From assembly GCA_044229265.1 (NCBI GenBank), contig JBGATK010000004.1, positions 252 through 64,251 of the forward strand: a stretch of DNA of 64,000 nt, in the 5' to 3' direction. Made by a program: the position numbers and the translations under genes. Origin of the DNA: Minisyncoccia bacterium (GTDB taxonomy: Bacteria; Patescibacteriota; Minisyncoccia; Phycocordibacterales; UBA9973). Shown one piece after another: positions 8,842 to 18,133 of the stretch. Each line of letters begins with the position of its first letter. The stretch's first letter is position 1. The notes beneath the pieces were generated by a model. The model did no database searches, was not told the DNA's origin, and was given only the letters and a program-made list of their open reading frames with translations.

Positions 8842-9294
8842 ATGAACAAAACAGACGAATTTTTACTGCGTTTGGCAATTTTTATTTTGGTGAGTGCTGG
8901 GTATTTTGTGGCTAGGCATATTTATAATCACAAAAAGGCAGATAAACCTCTAGTATGTCCAATACGCTTTGACTGCAATGCTGTGGTTAGTAGTGATTAT
9001 TCAAAATTCTTAGGAATTCCTCTTGAGATCTTAGGCATGTATTACTACGCAGTGCATTCTTTGTTGTATTTACTTATTATTTTTTGGTATCAATTTGTGC
9101 CTCTTTGGTTTATAGGGCTTTTGGTATTATCTTCTATAGTTTCTTTTTTGTTTTCAGTTTATTTAATTTTAGTGCAACTCCTAATTTTGAAAAAAGGATG
9201 TTCTTGGTGTTTTGTTTCAGCTACTATTTGTATTTTGGTTTTTATTTTAAATATTTTAATTTACGATTTATCTACTTTGTTTTTGAATTTTTAA
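8842..9294 (+). CDS. Vitamin K epoxide reductase (VKOR) family protein (DsbB analogue)
   Basis: About 4 TM helices, a loop Cys pair (VCPIRFDC), LGIP motif and CSWC (CxxC) in the last TM helix. Confidence 0.6.
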   Translation: MNKTDEFLLRLAIFILVSAGYFVARHIYNHKKADKPLVCPIRFDCNAVVSSDYSKFLGIPLEILGMYYYAVHSLLYLLIIFWYQFVPLWFIGLLVLSSIVSFLFSVYLILVQLLILKKGCSWCFVSATICILVFILNILIYDLSTLFLNF

Positions 9295-11934
9295 ATGGAA
9301 AAAAATATACAACCATGGGCTTTAAATAAAGAAGATGCATTGTTTTCTTTGGAATCTAAATTGTCCGGCCTTGTTTCTAGTGAAGTTGCAAAAAGAACAA
9401 AAATTTACGGCAGTAATATTTTTCATGCAAAAGAAAAAGGTAAACTTTTTTCTTTATTTGGGAAACAATTTTTAAGTCCACTCATATTCCTACTTGTCAT
9501 GGCGTCTGTTCTTACTTATTTGCTTGGTGAATGGCTGAACACTTTTGTAATTTTATTTGCTGCACTTTTAAATGTATTTTTGGGTTTTTATCATGAATAT
9601 CACGCTGAAAATACTTTAGAAAAATTGACTACTTATATAAAAGATAGAGCCAAAGTTCTTCGTGATGGTATCGAGCAAGAGGTGGACGCTGAAACTTTAG
9701 TACCCGGCGATATTGTAAAACTTTCTTATGGTTCTCGTATTTCTGCAGATGCTCGTATTTTGACTGCAAATAATTTACGTATCGATGAAGCTATTTTGAC
9801 CGGTGAGTCTTTGCCTGTATCTAAAAAAGAAGAAGAATTACCCGTGTCTAGCATGATAACAGAGCGGACCAATATTGCTTTTGCTGGAACTTTGGTTGTA
9901 GAGGGCTATGCCACAGCATTGGTTTTTGCTACTGGTAATAATACTGAGATAGGAAAAATAGCCGGTATTGTTTCTAAGATAGACAGAGTAAAAACTCCTT
10001 TGCAAAAAGGAATCGACCATATAGCTTGGATTATTTTTATTTTAGTAATAGCTATAGTTGGAGTTTTGTTTGTTCTTGGTGTATCGAAAGGTATTCCAAT
10101 TTTACCCATGCTTATTCTTTCTTCTGCTGTAGCGGTCGGAGCTGTGCCTGAGAGTTTGCCTATAGCTATGACGGTGATTTTATCTTTAGGTGCAGAACAG
10201 CTTGCTAAGAAAAAAGGAATTATCAAGAAACTTTCAGCTACTGAAACTCTTGGTTCTACCACCTTAATTATGACTGATAAAACTGGCACACTCACCATGG
10301 CAGATATGAAGCTAACAGGTATTTATGATAGAAATATGATCTTAAATAATAAGGAGGCTGATATGGAAAAAGTTTCCGAAACACAAAAAAGTTTACTAGC
10401 TCATGCTATTTTAAATACTGACATAACTATAGAAAATATAAATGATGAAAAAAACAAATGGGTTTTTAGAGGTAGACCTTTTGAAATAAATATTGTTAAG
10501 GCTTGTCGTGATTATGGAATTTCTTTAGATAAATTTATCTCTAATATCGCTACGGTAATTTTGCCATTTAATTCCACTAATAAATTTTCTGTTGGTAAGC
10601 ATGGTGAAAAATATTCTGTTTTAGGAGCTCCAGATATATTGCTTAAAAGATCTAGTTTATCAAAAGAAGAATATATGCTTTTTGAAGAATGGATTTCTAA
10701 AACCAGTAGAGAAGGTAAGCGAATAATAGGAGTAGCTAATTTACCTAAAAAACATCATCGCACAGATTTAAAAGCTGATGAGGTTGATGAATTAGAATTT
10801 CTCGGCATACTAGCTTTTTTTGATCCAATAAGGCCAGAAGTTCCTGGGGCTATTAAAAACATAGAAAGTCATGGATTAAAAATAGTTTTAATTACTGGGG
10901 ACTTGGTTGGTACTGCAAAATCTGTGGCTAAAGATTTGGGCTGGTTTATAAAAGATGATCAAGTGCTATCAGGAGCTGAAATAAAATCTATGAGTGACGA
11001 CGAGCTATTTTCTGCAATACCGCGAATCAAAATATTTGCGCGAGTTACTCCTGAAGATAAATTGCGTATCGGTCAGCTCTATCAAAAACATGGAGAAATA
11101 GTTGCGATGACAGGTGATGGGGTAAATGATGCACCGGCCCTCAAAGCTATGGATATGGGAATTTCTCTTGGCACTGGTTCTGATGTAGCAAAAGCCGCTG
11201 CAGACTTGGTTTTACTTGATGATAATTTTCAAACCATATCGGATGCCATAGATGAAGGGCGCAGAATACTTGGAAATATTCGTAAAACTTTTGTTTATTT
11301 GCTTTCTAATTCGCTCGATGAAGTAGTGGTAGTAGGGGGGAGTTTAATTATGGGGCTTGCTATACCTATTACTGCACTACAAATTATTTGGGTTAATCTT
11401 TTTACAGGAGCACTGCCAGCTCTTTCTTTTGCTTTCGACCAAGATTTAGATAAAGAAATGTATAAAGGAAATACCTTGAAGAAAATTTTTACCAATGAAG
11501 TAAACTTTCTTATTTTCGGTATTGGCATATTGTCTTCTTTATTTTTATTTGCACTTTATTATTTTTTAAATAAACTCGGCATTCCCGAGGGAGTATTAAG
11601 GTCTATTTTCTTTGTTTGTTTTTCTTCTTATATATTAGTTATATCTTTTTCTTTTCGTTCGCTCCACAAAAGTATTTTCTCTTTCGATGTTTTTTCAAAT
11701 AAAAAGTTAAATTACAGTATTTTGATTTCAATTCTAATTTTGATTTTAACTATGACAATAGAGCCGGTGCGAAATATATTTGAGATTGATCCGATGCCTA
11801 TTTCTTGGCTACCTTTTGTGTTTTTGTGGTTAATATTAAATTTAATTCTAGTTGAAGGCACAAAATATATCTTCCATAAAAGCCATTCTGTTTACAAGAA
11901 ACATAAAATAAAGAAATTTGCTGAGGTCTTCTAA
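9295..11934 (+). CDS. P-type cation-transporting ATPase (type II, Ca2+/Mg2+-like)
   Basis: TGES, DKTGTLT phosphorylation motif and TGDGVNDAPALK hinge; 879 aa with N- and C-terminal TM bundles. Confidence 0.85.
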   Translation: MEKNIQPWALNKEDALFSLESKLSGLVSSEVAKRTKIYGSNIFHAKEKGKLFSLFGKQFLSPLIFLLVMASVLTYLLGEWLNTFVILFAALLNVFLGFYHEYHAENTLEKLTTYIKDRAKVLRDGIEQEVDAETLVPGDIVKLSYGSRISADARILTANNLRIDEAILTGESLPVSKKEEELPVSSMITERTNIAFAGTLVVEGYATALVFATGNNTEIGKIAGIVSKIDRVKTPLQKGIDHIAWIIFILVIAIVGVLFVLGVSKGIPILPMLILSSAVAVGAVPESLPIAMTVILSLGAEQLAKKKGIIKKLSATETLGSTTLIMTDKTGTLTMADMKLTGIYDRNMILNNKEADMEKVSETQKSLLAHAILNTDITIENINDEKNKWVFRGRPFEINIVKACRDYGISLDKFISNIATVILPFNSTNKFSVGKHGEKYSVLGAPDILLKRSSLSKEEYMLFEEWISKTSREGKRIIGVANLPKKHHRTDLKADEVDELEFLGILAFFDPIRPEVPGAIKNIESHGLKIVLITGDLVGTAKSVAKDLGWFIKDDQVLSGAEIKSMSDDELFSAIPRIKIFARVTPEDKLRIGQLYQKHGEIVAMTGDGVNDAPALKAMDMGISLGTGSDVAKAAADLVLLDDNFQTISDAIDEGRRILGNIRKTFVYLLSNSLDEVVVVGGSLIMGLAIPITALQIIWVNLFTGALPALSFAFDQDLDKEMYKGNTLKKIFTNEVNFLIFGIGILSSLFLFALYYFLNKLGIPEGVLRSIFFVCFSSYILVISFSFRSLHKSIFSFDVFSNKKLNYSILISILILILTMTIEPVRNIFEIDPMPISWLPFVFLWLILNLILVEGTKYIFHKSHSVYKKHKIKKFAEVF

Positions 11935-11993
11935 AAACTAAAAAAATTGGCAAAATGCTAATTTTTTGGTATAAATAGATTTGTTCGATACAT

Positions 11994-12065
11994 GGTGCCT
12001 TTAGTTTAGTGGTAAAACTTCAGCTTGTGGAGCTGATATCGAGAGTTCGATTCTCTCAAGGCACC
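11994..12065 (+). tRNA. tRNA-His (anticodon GUG) with genomically encoded G-1
   Basis: G-1 pairs with C73, giving an 8-bp acceptor stem. Anticodon stem TCAGC/GCTGA with loop TTGTGGA, T-arm GAGAG-TTCGATT-CTCTC. No CCA encoded. Confidence 0.75.
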
Positions 12066-12069
12066 CAAT

Positions 12070-12444
12070 TTAATTTAGATTTTCTATAATTTTGTTTTTA
12101 TTTTCTTCGAAAGCATTTACATCTCCTACAGTTTCAGGCCAGACCCATATGTGTGCATGGAGGACTTCTTCACCGTAAATCTGACTTCGCACAATGTCGG
12201 CACCAAAAGCTTTCTTTTGGGCGAGGGCTATTTTTTTAACTAATTCGAAATATTCACCTGTATTTGGAGTATCCCATACATATCGATAGTGATTTTTAGG
12301 AATTACTTGAGTGTGCCCGGGTCCCATAGGACGAATGTCTAAAAATGCTAAAAAATTTTCATCTTCATATACTATATGAGCTGGGATTTCTTTTTTTACT
12401 ATTTTACAAAAAATACAGTTAGTATCTATATTATTTTCATTCAT
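12070..12444 (-). CDS. HIT-family (histidine triad) nucleotide hydrolase
   Basis: CIFCKI N-terminus and HAHIWVWP histidine triad (HxHxHxx). Confidence 0.75.
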   Translation of the reverse strand: MNENNIDTNCIFCKIVKKEIPAHIVYEDENFLAFLDIRPMGPGHTQVIPKNHYRYVWDTPNTGEYFELVKKIALAQKKAFGADIVRSQIYGEEVLHAHIWVWPETVGDVNAFEENKNKIIENLN

Positions 12445-12478
12445 GCGGATATTATAGCAAATATGCTAAAATTGCATA

Positions 12479-14167
12479 ATGCAAAAGCATTCAGAACTAG
12501 TTTTAAAACTTTTAGAGAAAAGGGGAATAGTGGAAGAGCAAGAGATAGAAAAATTCTTAAACCCCGACTACGAGCGGGATATTTTTGACCCGTATTTATT
12601 TCATGATATGGAAAAAGCTTGCGTAAGGCTTTATGAGGCAATAGACAATAATCAAAAAATAATTATTTATGCAGATTACGATTGTGATGGTATACCAGGG
12701 GCAGTGATACTTTCTGATTTATTTAAGAAAATTAATTATACAAATTACGAAGTATATATTCCTGAGCGGAATTCGGAGGGGTATGGACTGAATATGGAAG
12801 CTATAGAAATTTTCTCTGGGCGGGATGTGAAGTTAATAATCACTATTGATTTGGGTATTACTGCTATAGAAGAAGTAGCACAAGCAGAGGTTTACGGTAT
12901 GGACGTGATTATTACAGATCACCACCTACCTAAAGAAAATCTACCAAGAGCGTATGCAATATTGAATCCAAAAACTTATCCCGCTAATGGCGGGGCAGGT
13001 TACCCAGAGAAGATGCTGTGCGGAGCAGGCGTGATGTTTAAATTCGTCCAGGGTTTTGTAAAAAAGTACGGCGAATTTTATAAAATAAATACTGGCTGGG
13101 AGAAATGGCTACTCGATATGGCTGGGCTTGCGACACTTTCAGATATGGTGCCACTTGTGGGGGAGAATAGAGCTATAGCATATTTCGGACTCAAAGTTTT
13201 CCGTAAATCTCCGCGTCCTGGCTTGCAAAAACTTCTCGCAAAAATGAATATCGAGCAAAAAACTATTTCAGAGGATGACATAGGTTTTATGGTAACTCCT
13301 CGCTTAAATGCAGCATCGAGGATGGACTCGCCAATGCGAGCTTTTGAACTCCTCGCTACGAATGATGAGGTAAAGGCAGGAATGCTAGCGACTCACCTTA
13401 CAAAAATAAATGATGAGCGTAAACACATAGTGCTGGGTTATATGAAGCATGTAAAAAAAGTTTTCGAGCATAAAGAAATTCGCGAAGTTATAGTTATAGG
13501 TGCTCCAGAGTGGCGGGTGGGAGTGCTCGGCCTTGTGGCTGGAAAAATCGCAGATGAATACAATAAGACTGTTTTTGTATGGGGTAGAGATGAGAATGAT
13601 AAAATCAAAGGTTCTTGCCGAAGTCCTGGAACTTGCTCGGTAGTAGAACTGATGGCAAATACAAATGATCATTTCCTCGAGTATGGCGGGCATGAACTAG
13701 CCGGAGGGTTCACCGTGAATAATGACAAAATTCATTTTTTGGAAGATGCTCTAGTTGAAGCATTTGAGAAAATTACCTCCCTCCCCCTTAATAAGGGGGA
13801 GGTGCCAAAGGCGGAGGGGGTCTATGATTTAAAACTCACTCTCGCAGATGTAAATATATTCAATTGGAATGAGATGGAGAAGATGGCTCCATTTGGGCTT
13901 GCTAATCCAAAACCAGTTTTCCTTTTTGAAAATGTAAAAATAGAAAAGATAAAAGCTTTCGGCAAAAATGGTTCTGGTGAACACCTCGAAATTACTTTTT
14001 CTGATGAAACAAAAAGGGCAGTTGTAGCAATATCATTTTTCTCTGGACTAGATTCATTCAGTAGAGATATAAGCGAAGGTGGCAGAGTAAACCTCATAGC
14101 CACATTTGACCTCTCCCGTTTCCGAGGCCGCCCCGAGCTTCGCCTGCGAATTGTTGATATAATATAA
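12479..14167 (+). CDS. recJ: Single-stranded-DNA-specific exonuclease RecJ
   Basis: DHH motifs: YADYDCDGIPG, ITIDLGI, IITDHH; DHHA1 C-terminal region. Confidence 0.85.
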   Translation: MQKHSELVLKLLEKRGIVEEQEIEKFLNPDYERDIFDPYLFHDMEKACVRLYEAIDNNQKIIIYADYDCDGIPGAVILSDLFKKINYTNYEVYIPERNSEGYGLNMEAIEIFSGRDVKLIITIDLGITAIEEVAQAEVYGMDVIITDHHLPKENLPRAYAILNPKTYPANGGAGYPEKMLCGAGVMFKFVQGFVKKYGEFYKINTGWEKWLLDMAGLATLSDMVPLVGENRAIAYFGLKVFRKSPRPGLQKLLAKMNIEQKTISEDDIGFMVTPRLNAASRMDSPMRAFELLATNDEVKAGMLATHLTKINDERKHIVLGYMKHVKKVFEHKEIREVIVIGAPEWRVGVLGLVAGKIADEYNKTVFVWGRDENDKIKGSCRSPGTCSVVELMANTNDHFLEYGGHELAGGFTVNNDKIHFLEDALVEAFEKITSLPLNKGEVPKAEGVYDLKLTLADVNIFNWNEMEKMAPFGLANPKPVFLFENVKIEKIKAFGKNGSGEHLEITFSDETKRAVVAISFFSGLDSFSRDISEGGRVNLIATFDLSRFRGRPELRLRIVDII

Positions 14168-14175
14168 AAATAATT

Positions 14176-14640
14176 ATGCAAAACAAAATTACAATATATA
14201 CAGATGGTGCTGCACGGGGGAATCCGGGTCCTGCTGGGTGGGGAGTGCTGATTATGCAAGGTGATAAAGAGATAGAGTTAGGTGGTAGAGTAGGCCACGG
14301 AACGAATAATCAAATGGAACTTCAAAGTGCTATCGAAGCTTTGAAATATGTAAAAAATAATTTTTCTTATCCAGGCCCTATCGAAATTTATGCGGATTCA
14401 AAATATGTAATACTCGGAATTACAGAGTGGATACATGGTTGGATAAAAAATTCTTGGCGTAATGCTGCAAAAAAGCCAGTACTTAATCGCGAGCAGTGGC
14501 AAGAGCTTTATGATCTTTCTGGGAATTTTAAAATATCTTGGCATTATGTAGAGGGTCATAGTGGACATAAATATAATGACAGGGTAGATGAAATAGCTAC
14601 GAATTTTGCTGACGGCAATATTATAGGATTAAGTAAATAA
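14176..14640 (+). CDS. rnhA: Ribonuclease HI
   Basis: IYTDGAARGNPGPAGWG, NNQMELQSAIEAL, IYADSKYV: the RNase H catalytic D-E-D-D signature. Confidence 0.85.
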   Translation: MQNKITIYTDGAARGNPGPAGWGVLIMQGDKEIELGGRVGHGTNNQMELQSAIEALKYVKNNFSYPGPIEIYADSKYVILGITEWIHGWIKNSWRNAAKKPVLNREQWQELYDLSGNFKISWHYVEGHSGHKYNDRVDEIATNFADGNIIGLSK

Positions 14641-14641
14641 A

Positions 14642-16153
14642 ATGCGAGATAAAATTTTCTACACTTCTATATTCGGTTTTATAACCGGAGTATTTTTGCA
14701 TTCGATTTTTGAGATCTCTTTAATTTTTATATTACTTATTTTAATTTTAGGCATTTCTGGAATTTTATTTTTTAAATACATTTATATTCTGCGCTGGCCT
14801 GTAATTGTCAGTTTTTTTGTTTTATTTTTAGCTTTTGGTTTTTTGCGTTTTCATATTGCAGAGATAAATTTGAGAGATTCACTTGCAAGTTTCGTAGATA
14901 AGAAAGTTTTATTCGACGCCAGAGTGATTACTGATCCTAGTAAAAAAGAATACAGTCAGAGTTTTATAGTTCTTTTTGAAAAAGGAGAAGTAAAAGCCAA
15001 AATCTTAGTTAGTGCTAGTAAGAATATTGATTTTTCTTATGGCGATACTGTCCATATAGAAGGCATACTCAGTAAGCCTGATAATTTTGAAACTAATGCT
15101 GGTAAGAATTTTGACTATATTTCGTATTTAAAAAAGGACGGTATTTTGTATATTATGAAATCTCCAGAAATAGAAATTATTTCTAAAAATGAAAATTTTT
15201 CTATTAAGAAATATTTATTTTTATTTAAAAATAACTTTTTGAGTAAATTAGAAAAGGTAGTAGCCATGCCCGAGAGGGCATTACTTTCTGGATTACTTTT
15301 GGGTGAGAGGGCAGAAATACCAAAAGACCTGCAAGAAGATTTTATTAAAACCGGCACGATACACATAGTAGCTCTTTCTGGATACAATATTACTATCATA
15401 GCCACATGGCTTATCAGTATTTTTCTTTTTCTTTTTTCTATTTTTGGTTTTATAAAGAAAAGGGAGTATGCTTTTGTGTGCGGAATTTTAGGTATAGTAC
15501 TTTTTGTACTTATGACTGGAGCTGAGGCTACTGCAGTGAGGGCAGGCATTATGGCTGGCCTGATGCTCCTTGGAAAAATACTTTCTCGTGAACGCGATAT
15601 TTTGCGTATCATGTTAATTACTGCACTTGTGATGATGCTAGTGAACCCTTTTATTTTGTATTTTGATGTTTCTTTTCAGCTTTCATTCATCGCTACTATT
15701 GCTGTGATATTCCTTTCTCCTAGATTAGAAAAATATTTTCTTTTCTTACCTAATATTTTTTCATTACGTGAAATAATAACCACCACTTTTTCAGCATATA
15801 TATTTGTCTTACCATTTGTGGTTTATGTCATGGGCACATTTTCTATTGTGGCCCTGCTCGCAAATACTCTGATACTACCCCTTATACCCCTTACCATGCT
15901 TTTCGGTTTTATGACTGGGGCTTTTGGATTCGTATCTTATTTTATATCTGCGCCATTTGGAATTATTACTTATAAGCTACTAAATTTAGAAATTTATTTA
16001 GCCGAATCTCTAGCGAATTGGCCATTTAGCCATTTCTACATAAACCATTTCCCATTAATTTTTGTAATTTTAATTTACGCTTATTTCATATACTTCCTCT
16101 TTGGAAAGGGCATAAAGGCTTATTTTGTGGTTGATTCTACTGTTCTTGAGTGA
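14642..16153 (+). CDS. comEC: ComEC/Rec2 competence channel protein (DUF4131 + competence membrane domain; no MBL domain in this ORF)
   Basis: Polytopic membrane protein; ALSGYNITIIATW matches the ComEC competence domain. The MBL-fold ComEC C-terminal domain is encoded separately at 18757..19626. Confidence 0.7.
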   Translation: MRDKIFYTSIFGFITGVFLHSIFEISLIFILLILILGISGILFFKYIYILRWPVIVSFFVLFLAFGFLRFHIAEINLRDSLASFVDKKVLFDARVITDPSKKEYSQSFIVLFEKGEVKAKILVSASKNIDFSYGDTVHIEGILSKPDNFETNAGKNFDYISYLKKDGILYIMKSPEIEIISKNENFSIKKYLFLFKNNFLSKLEKVVAMPERALLSGLLLGERAEIPKDLQEDFIKTGTIHIVALSGYNITIIATWLISIFLFLFSIFGFIKKREYAFVCGILGIVLFVLMTGAEATAVRAGIMAGLMLLGKILSRERDILRIMLITALVMMLVNPFILYFDVSFQLSFIATIAVIFLSPRLEKYFLFLPNIFSLREIITTTFSAYIFVLPFVVYVMGTFSIVALLANTLILPLIPLTMLFGFMTGAFGFVSYFISAPFGIITYKLLNLEIYLAESLANWPFSHFYINHFPLIFVILIYAYFIYFLFGKGIKAYFVVDSTVLE

Positions 16154-16156
16154 GGA

Positions 16157-16186
16157 TTGACAAATCAGCATAAAGTGTGCTATAAT
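16157..16186 (+). promoter_or_regulatory. Near-consensus sigma70 promoter with extended -10 (TTGACA-N18-TGcTATAAT)
   Basis: TTGACA at 16157-16162, 18-nt spacer ending in TGC, TATAAT at 16181-16186. About 90 nt upstream of the 16279 ATG. Confidence 0.55.
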
Positions 16187-16278
16187 ATAGATAATATAGT
16201 GAACTTTAAAAAATGAGTTTTTTGCGTTTTCAAAGGGCGTATTTGTGCTTTTTGATAACGTTAAAAACTCAATAAATT

Positions 16279-17178
16279 ATGCAAAAAATTATTTTATTTT
16301 TCTTGGCGTTCTTCGCCGTAAACTTTATTTTTTCACAGGGATTAGATGACATGATCCTTAATATGGATAAAAAAATTCCGATTCTTGACTCTGATGGGAC
16401 AGTAATTTACGAATTACTCCCGCAACGGGAGAAATCCGATATTTATTACTCAGATGAATTGAGAGACCCATGCCCACCATGTCGGTGTTTGCAGTCAAAA
16501 CCGGCAAAAAAATCAACATCTGCTCCGAAACCTAGCACTACAGGTAACATTAATATTATTAACATCTCAACCACGGAAGTATCTAGTGTTGAGATTGAAA
16601 ATTTTAATGGAAATACTGGAGGGGTAAATGTGAAAGTAAATGCAGGTGGTAAAGCTGGATGTCCTAAAAATAAAGTAGATACAGTAGTAATTCATGACGA
16701 TTTATATTGGCATGATAAAATTAAGTACCCGTTTATTTTTGGTGACTCTATAATCATGTCACCCATCGACGCACCAATTGCACTTCCTAACACTTTGAAA
16801 GGTGGTGGTGGAAATTATTTTCACTCTAACCCTAACCCGGATTCAGGAAATCAGAGTGGAGGAACTTTGTTTTCAGAAAAGTTTATGTTTCCGTTTTGGA
16901 TCGCACTTTTAATTGGGGGGTTGATGTTTCTAGGGCATTATTTGCTGAATCGTAGTAGAAGTTTTGGAACATCCAGTGTCACTTCTATTACCAGCGAAAC
17001 TTCAGCGCCACCCAGCAAGTCGGCGCCGATAGTATCTTCCAGTCCGGCAAAAACTGAAACCCCTGTTTCTGAAATTAAAAAAGAAGAAACAGAAGAATCA
17101 AAAAGCCGCAACAGGCAACATTATCGGGATTTAGGAAATGAAAGAAAATCCCAAGGAGGTGAAGAAGAAGCAGGATAA
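16279..17178 (+). CDS. Hypothetical secreted protein with C-terminal TM anchor and Ser/Pro-rich tail
   Basis: Signal peptide MQKIILFFLAFFAVNFIFSQ, Gly-rich middle, TM helix FPFWIALLIGGLMFLGHYLL, then a low-complexity S/P/E-rich C-terminus. Confidence 0.45.
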   Translation: MQKIILFFLAFFAVNFIFSQGLDDMILNMDKKIPILDSDGTVIYELLPQREKSDIYYSDELRDPCPPCRCLQSKPAKKSTSAPKPSTTGNINIINISTTEVSSVEIENFNGNTGGVNVKVNAGGKAGCPKNKVDTVVIHDDLYWHDKIKYPFIFGDSIIMSPIDAPIALPNTLKGGGGNYFHSNPNPDSGNQSGGTLFSEKFMFPFWIALLIGGLMFLGHYLLNRSRSFGTSSVTSITSETSAPPSKSAPIVSSSPAKTETPVSEIKKEETEESKSRNRQHYRDLGNERKSQGGEEEAG

Positions 17179-17211
17179 AAGATAATTTTTTAACCCAAAA
17201 ATCGATTTGTT

Positions 17212-17367
17212 ATGAATGATTTATTTTTTGCCTTATGGGCAATAAGTTTATTTTGTATAGTAGGTGGGGCAATAGGCCTCATATTCTATGCAATAGAATT
17301 TATTCTGAAAATTTTAAAACTAGATCAAAAATATTTCGATCTTTGTTATAACTTTTTCAAAAAATAA
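17212..17367 (+). CDS. Possible small hydrophobic peptide (51 aa)
   Basis: ATG 33 nt after the preceding stop; MNDLFFALWAISLFCIVGGAIGLIFYAIEFILKIL is a single TM helix. Below the ORF-track length cutoff; only weakly supported. Confidence 0.2.
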   Translation: MNDLFFALWAISLFCIVGGAIGLIFYAIEFILKILKLDQKYFDLCYNFFKK

Positions 17368-17389
17368 AAAAAACATAACCGAAATTACA

Positions 17390-17431
17390 CACCAGTCCTT
17401 TTGCTTTTGCAGAAGGGCTGTTTTTATTTTA
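17390..17431 (+). terminator. Intrinsic terminator
   Basis: CAGTCCTTTTGC-TTTT-GCAGAAGGGCTG (12-bp stem with 2 G-U pairs) followed by TTTTTATTTT. Confidence 0.55.
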
Positions 17432-17626
17432 TTGGACAAATGTTTTTATGTGTGTTAAGGTAAAAATAGATAAGTTTTTTATAACCAATTAAATTCATAT
17501 TTATGGGATGGATAGAGATTGAAAATCCAGTTATTTTTTTCTGGGTTCTTGTATCGGTTTTATTGTATTTCCTTGATAAAAAAATACAAAAAGAAAAAAA
17601 TTCTATAACCAAAAAAACGACGAATT

Positions 17627-18070
17627 ATGAGTCAGAAAGAATGGAGAGATCCAAATTCGTTCTCTAGAAAATTAGAGGAAGAGAAAGGAAAAGGAAAAAA
17701 TGTGGTCTATTTAGATCCACCACCAAAAAATCCACCTTCGGAATTTTATCGTCCAGGTCATCCAGGTGGGCAGAATCATTCGCCAGTAGTTTCATCTTTT
17801 CAAAAGTGTAGCGAAGGCGAAGTTCACCAAAACCCAGAGTCGTTGACTGGTCTAGCAAGTTTGTTTCTTTTAGTTGAACCAGATGACTCAAAAATCAAGG
17901 TTGTTGGGTTTGTTTTATTGGCTATTGTTGTATCTTTGATAATTAGTTATTTTTATTTGCGTTTTATTAAAATTATAGAAAGCAGAAAAAGTAAAAAAAT
18001 TGGCATCAAAGAAGCAGAAAAAAATAACCAAGAACAAGAAAAGGAGGATGAAGACTTGGGTTATTGTTAG
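17627..18070 (+). CDS. Hypothetical protein with C-terminal TM helix and acidic tail
   Basis: 147-aa ORF; Pro/Gly-rich N-terminus, TM helix VVGFVLLAIVVSLIISYFYL. No recognisable domain. Confidence 0.35.
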   Translation: MSQKEWRDPNSFSRKLEEEKGKGKNVVYLDPPPKNPPSEFYRPGHPGGQNHSPVVSSFQKCSEGEVHQNPESLTGLASLFLLVEPDDSKIKVVGFVLLAIVVSLIISYFYLRFIKIIESRKSKKIGIKEAEKNNQEQEKEDEDLGYC

Positions 18071-18133
18071 GATTGTTAGGAAAAGAATTAAAACCAATTA
18101 GGTTTAGGCCGGCACGAATGTTGCTGGCCTCTT

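Noticed and set aside
9084-9329. 81-aa + strand ORF overlapping the VKOR 3' end and ATPase start
   Set aside because: Alternative frame of the VKOR C-terminal TM region, with Phe-rich junk translation and no independent support.
12376-12641. Short ORFs on both strands around the recJ start / HIT gene end
   Set aside because: They overlap well-supported genes (HIT on the minus strand, recJ on the plus strand) and have no motifs.
17446-17626. 55-aa ORF (MGWIEIENPVIFFWVLVSVLLYFLDKK...) upstream of the 17627 gene
   Set aside because: It is in an AT-rich intergenic stretch with A-runs, has no ribosome-binding signal or conservation evidence, and overlaps the next gene's start in another frame.
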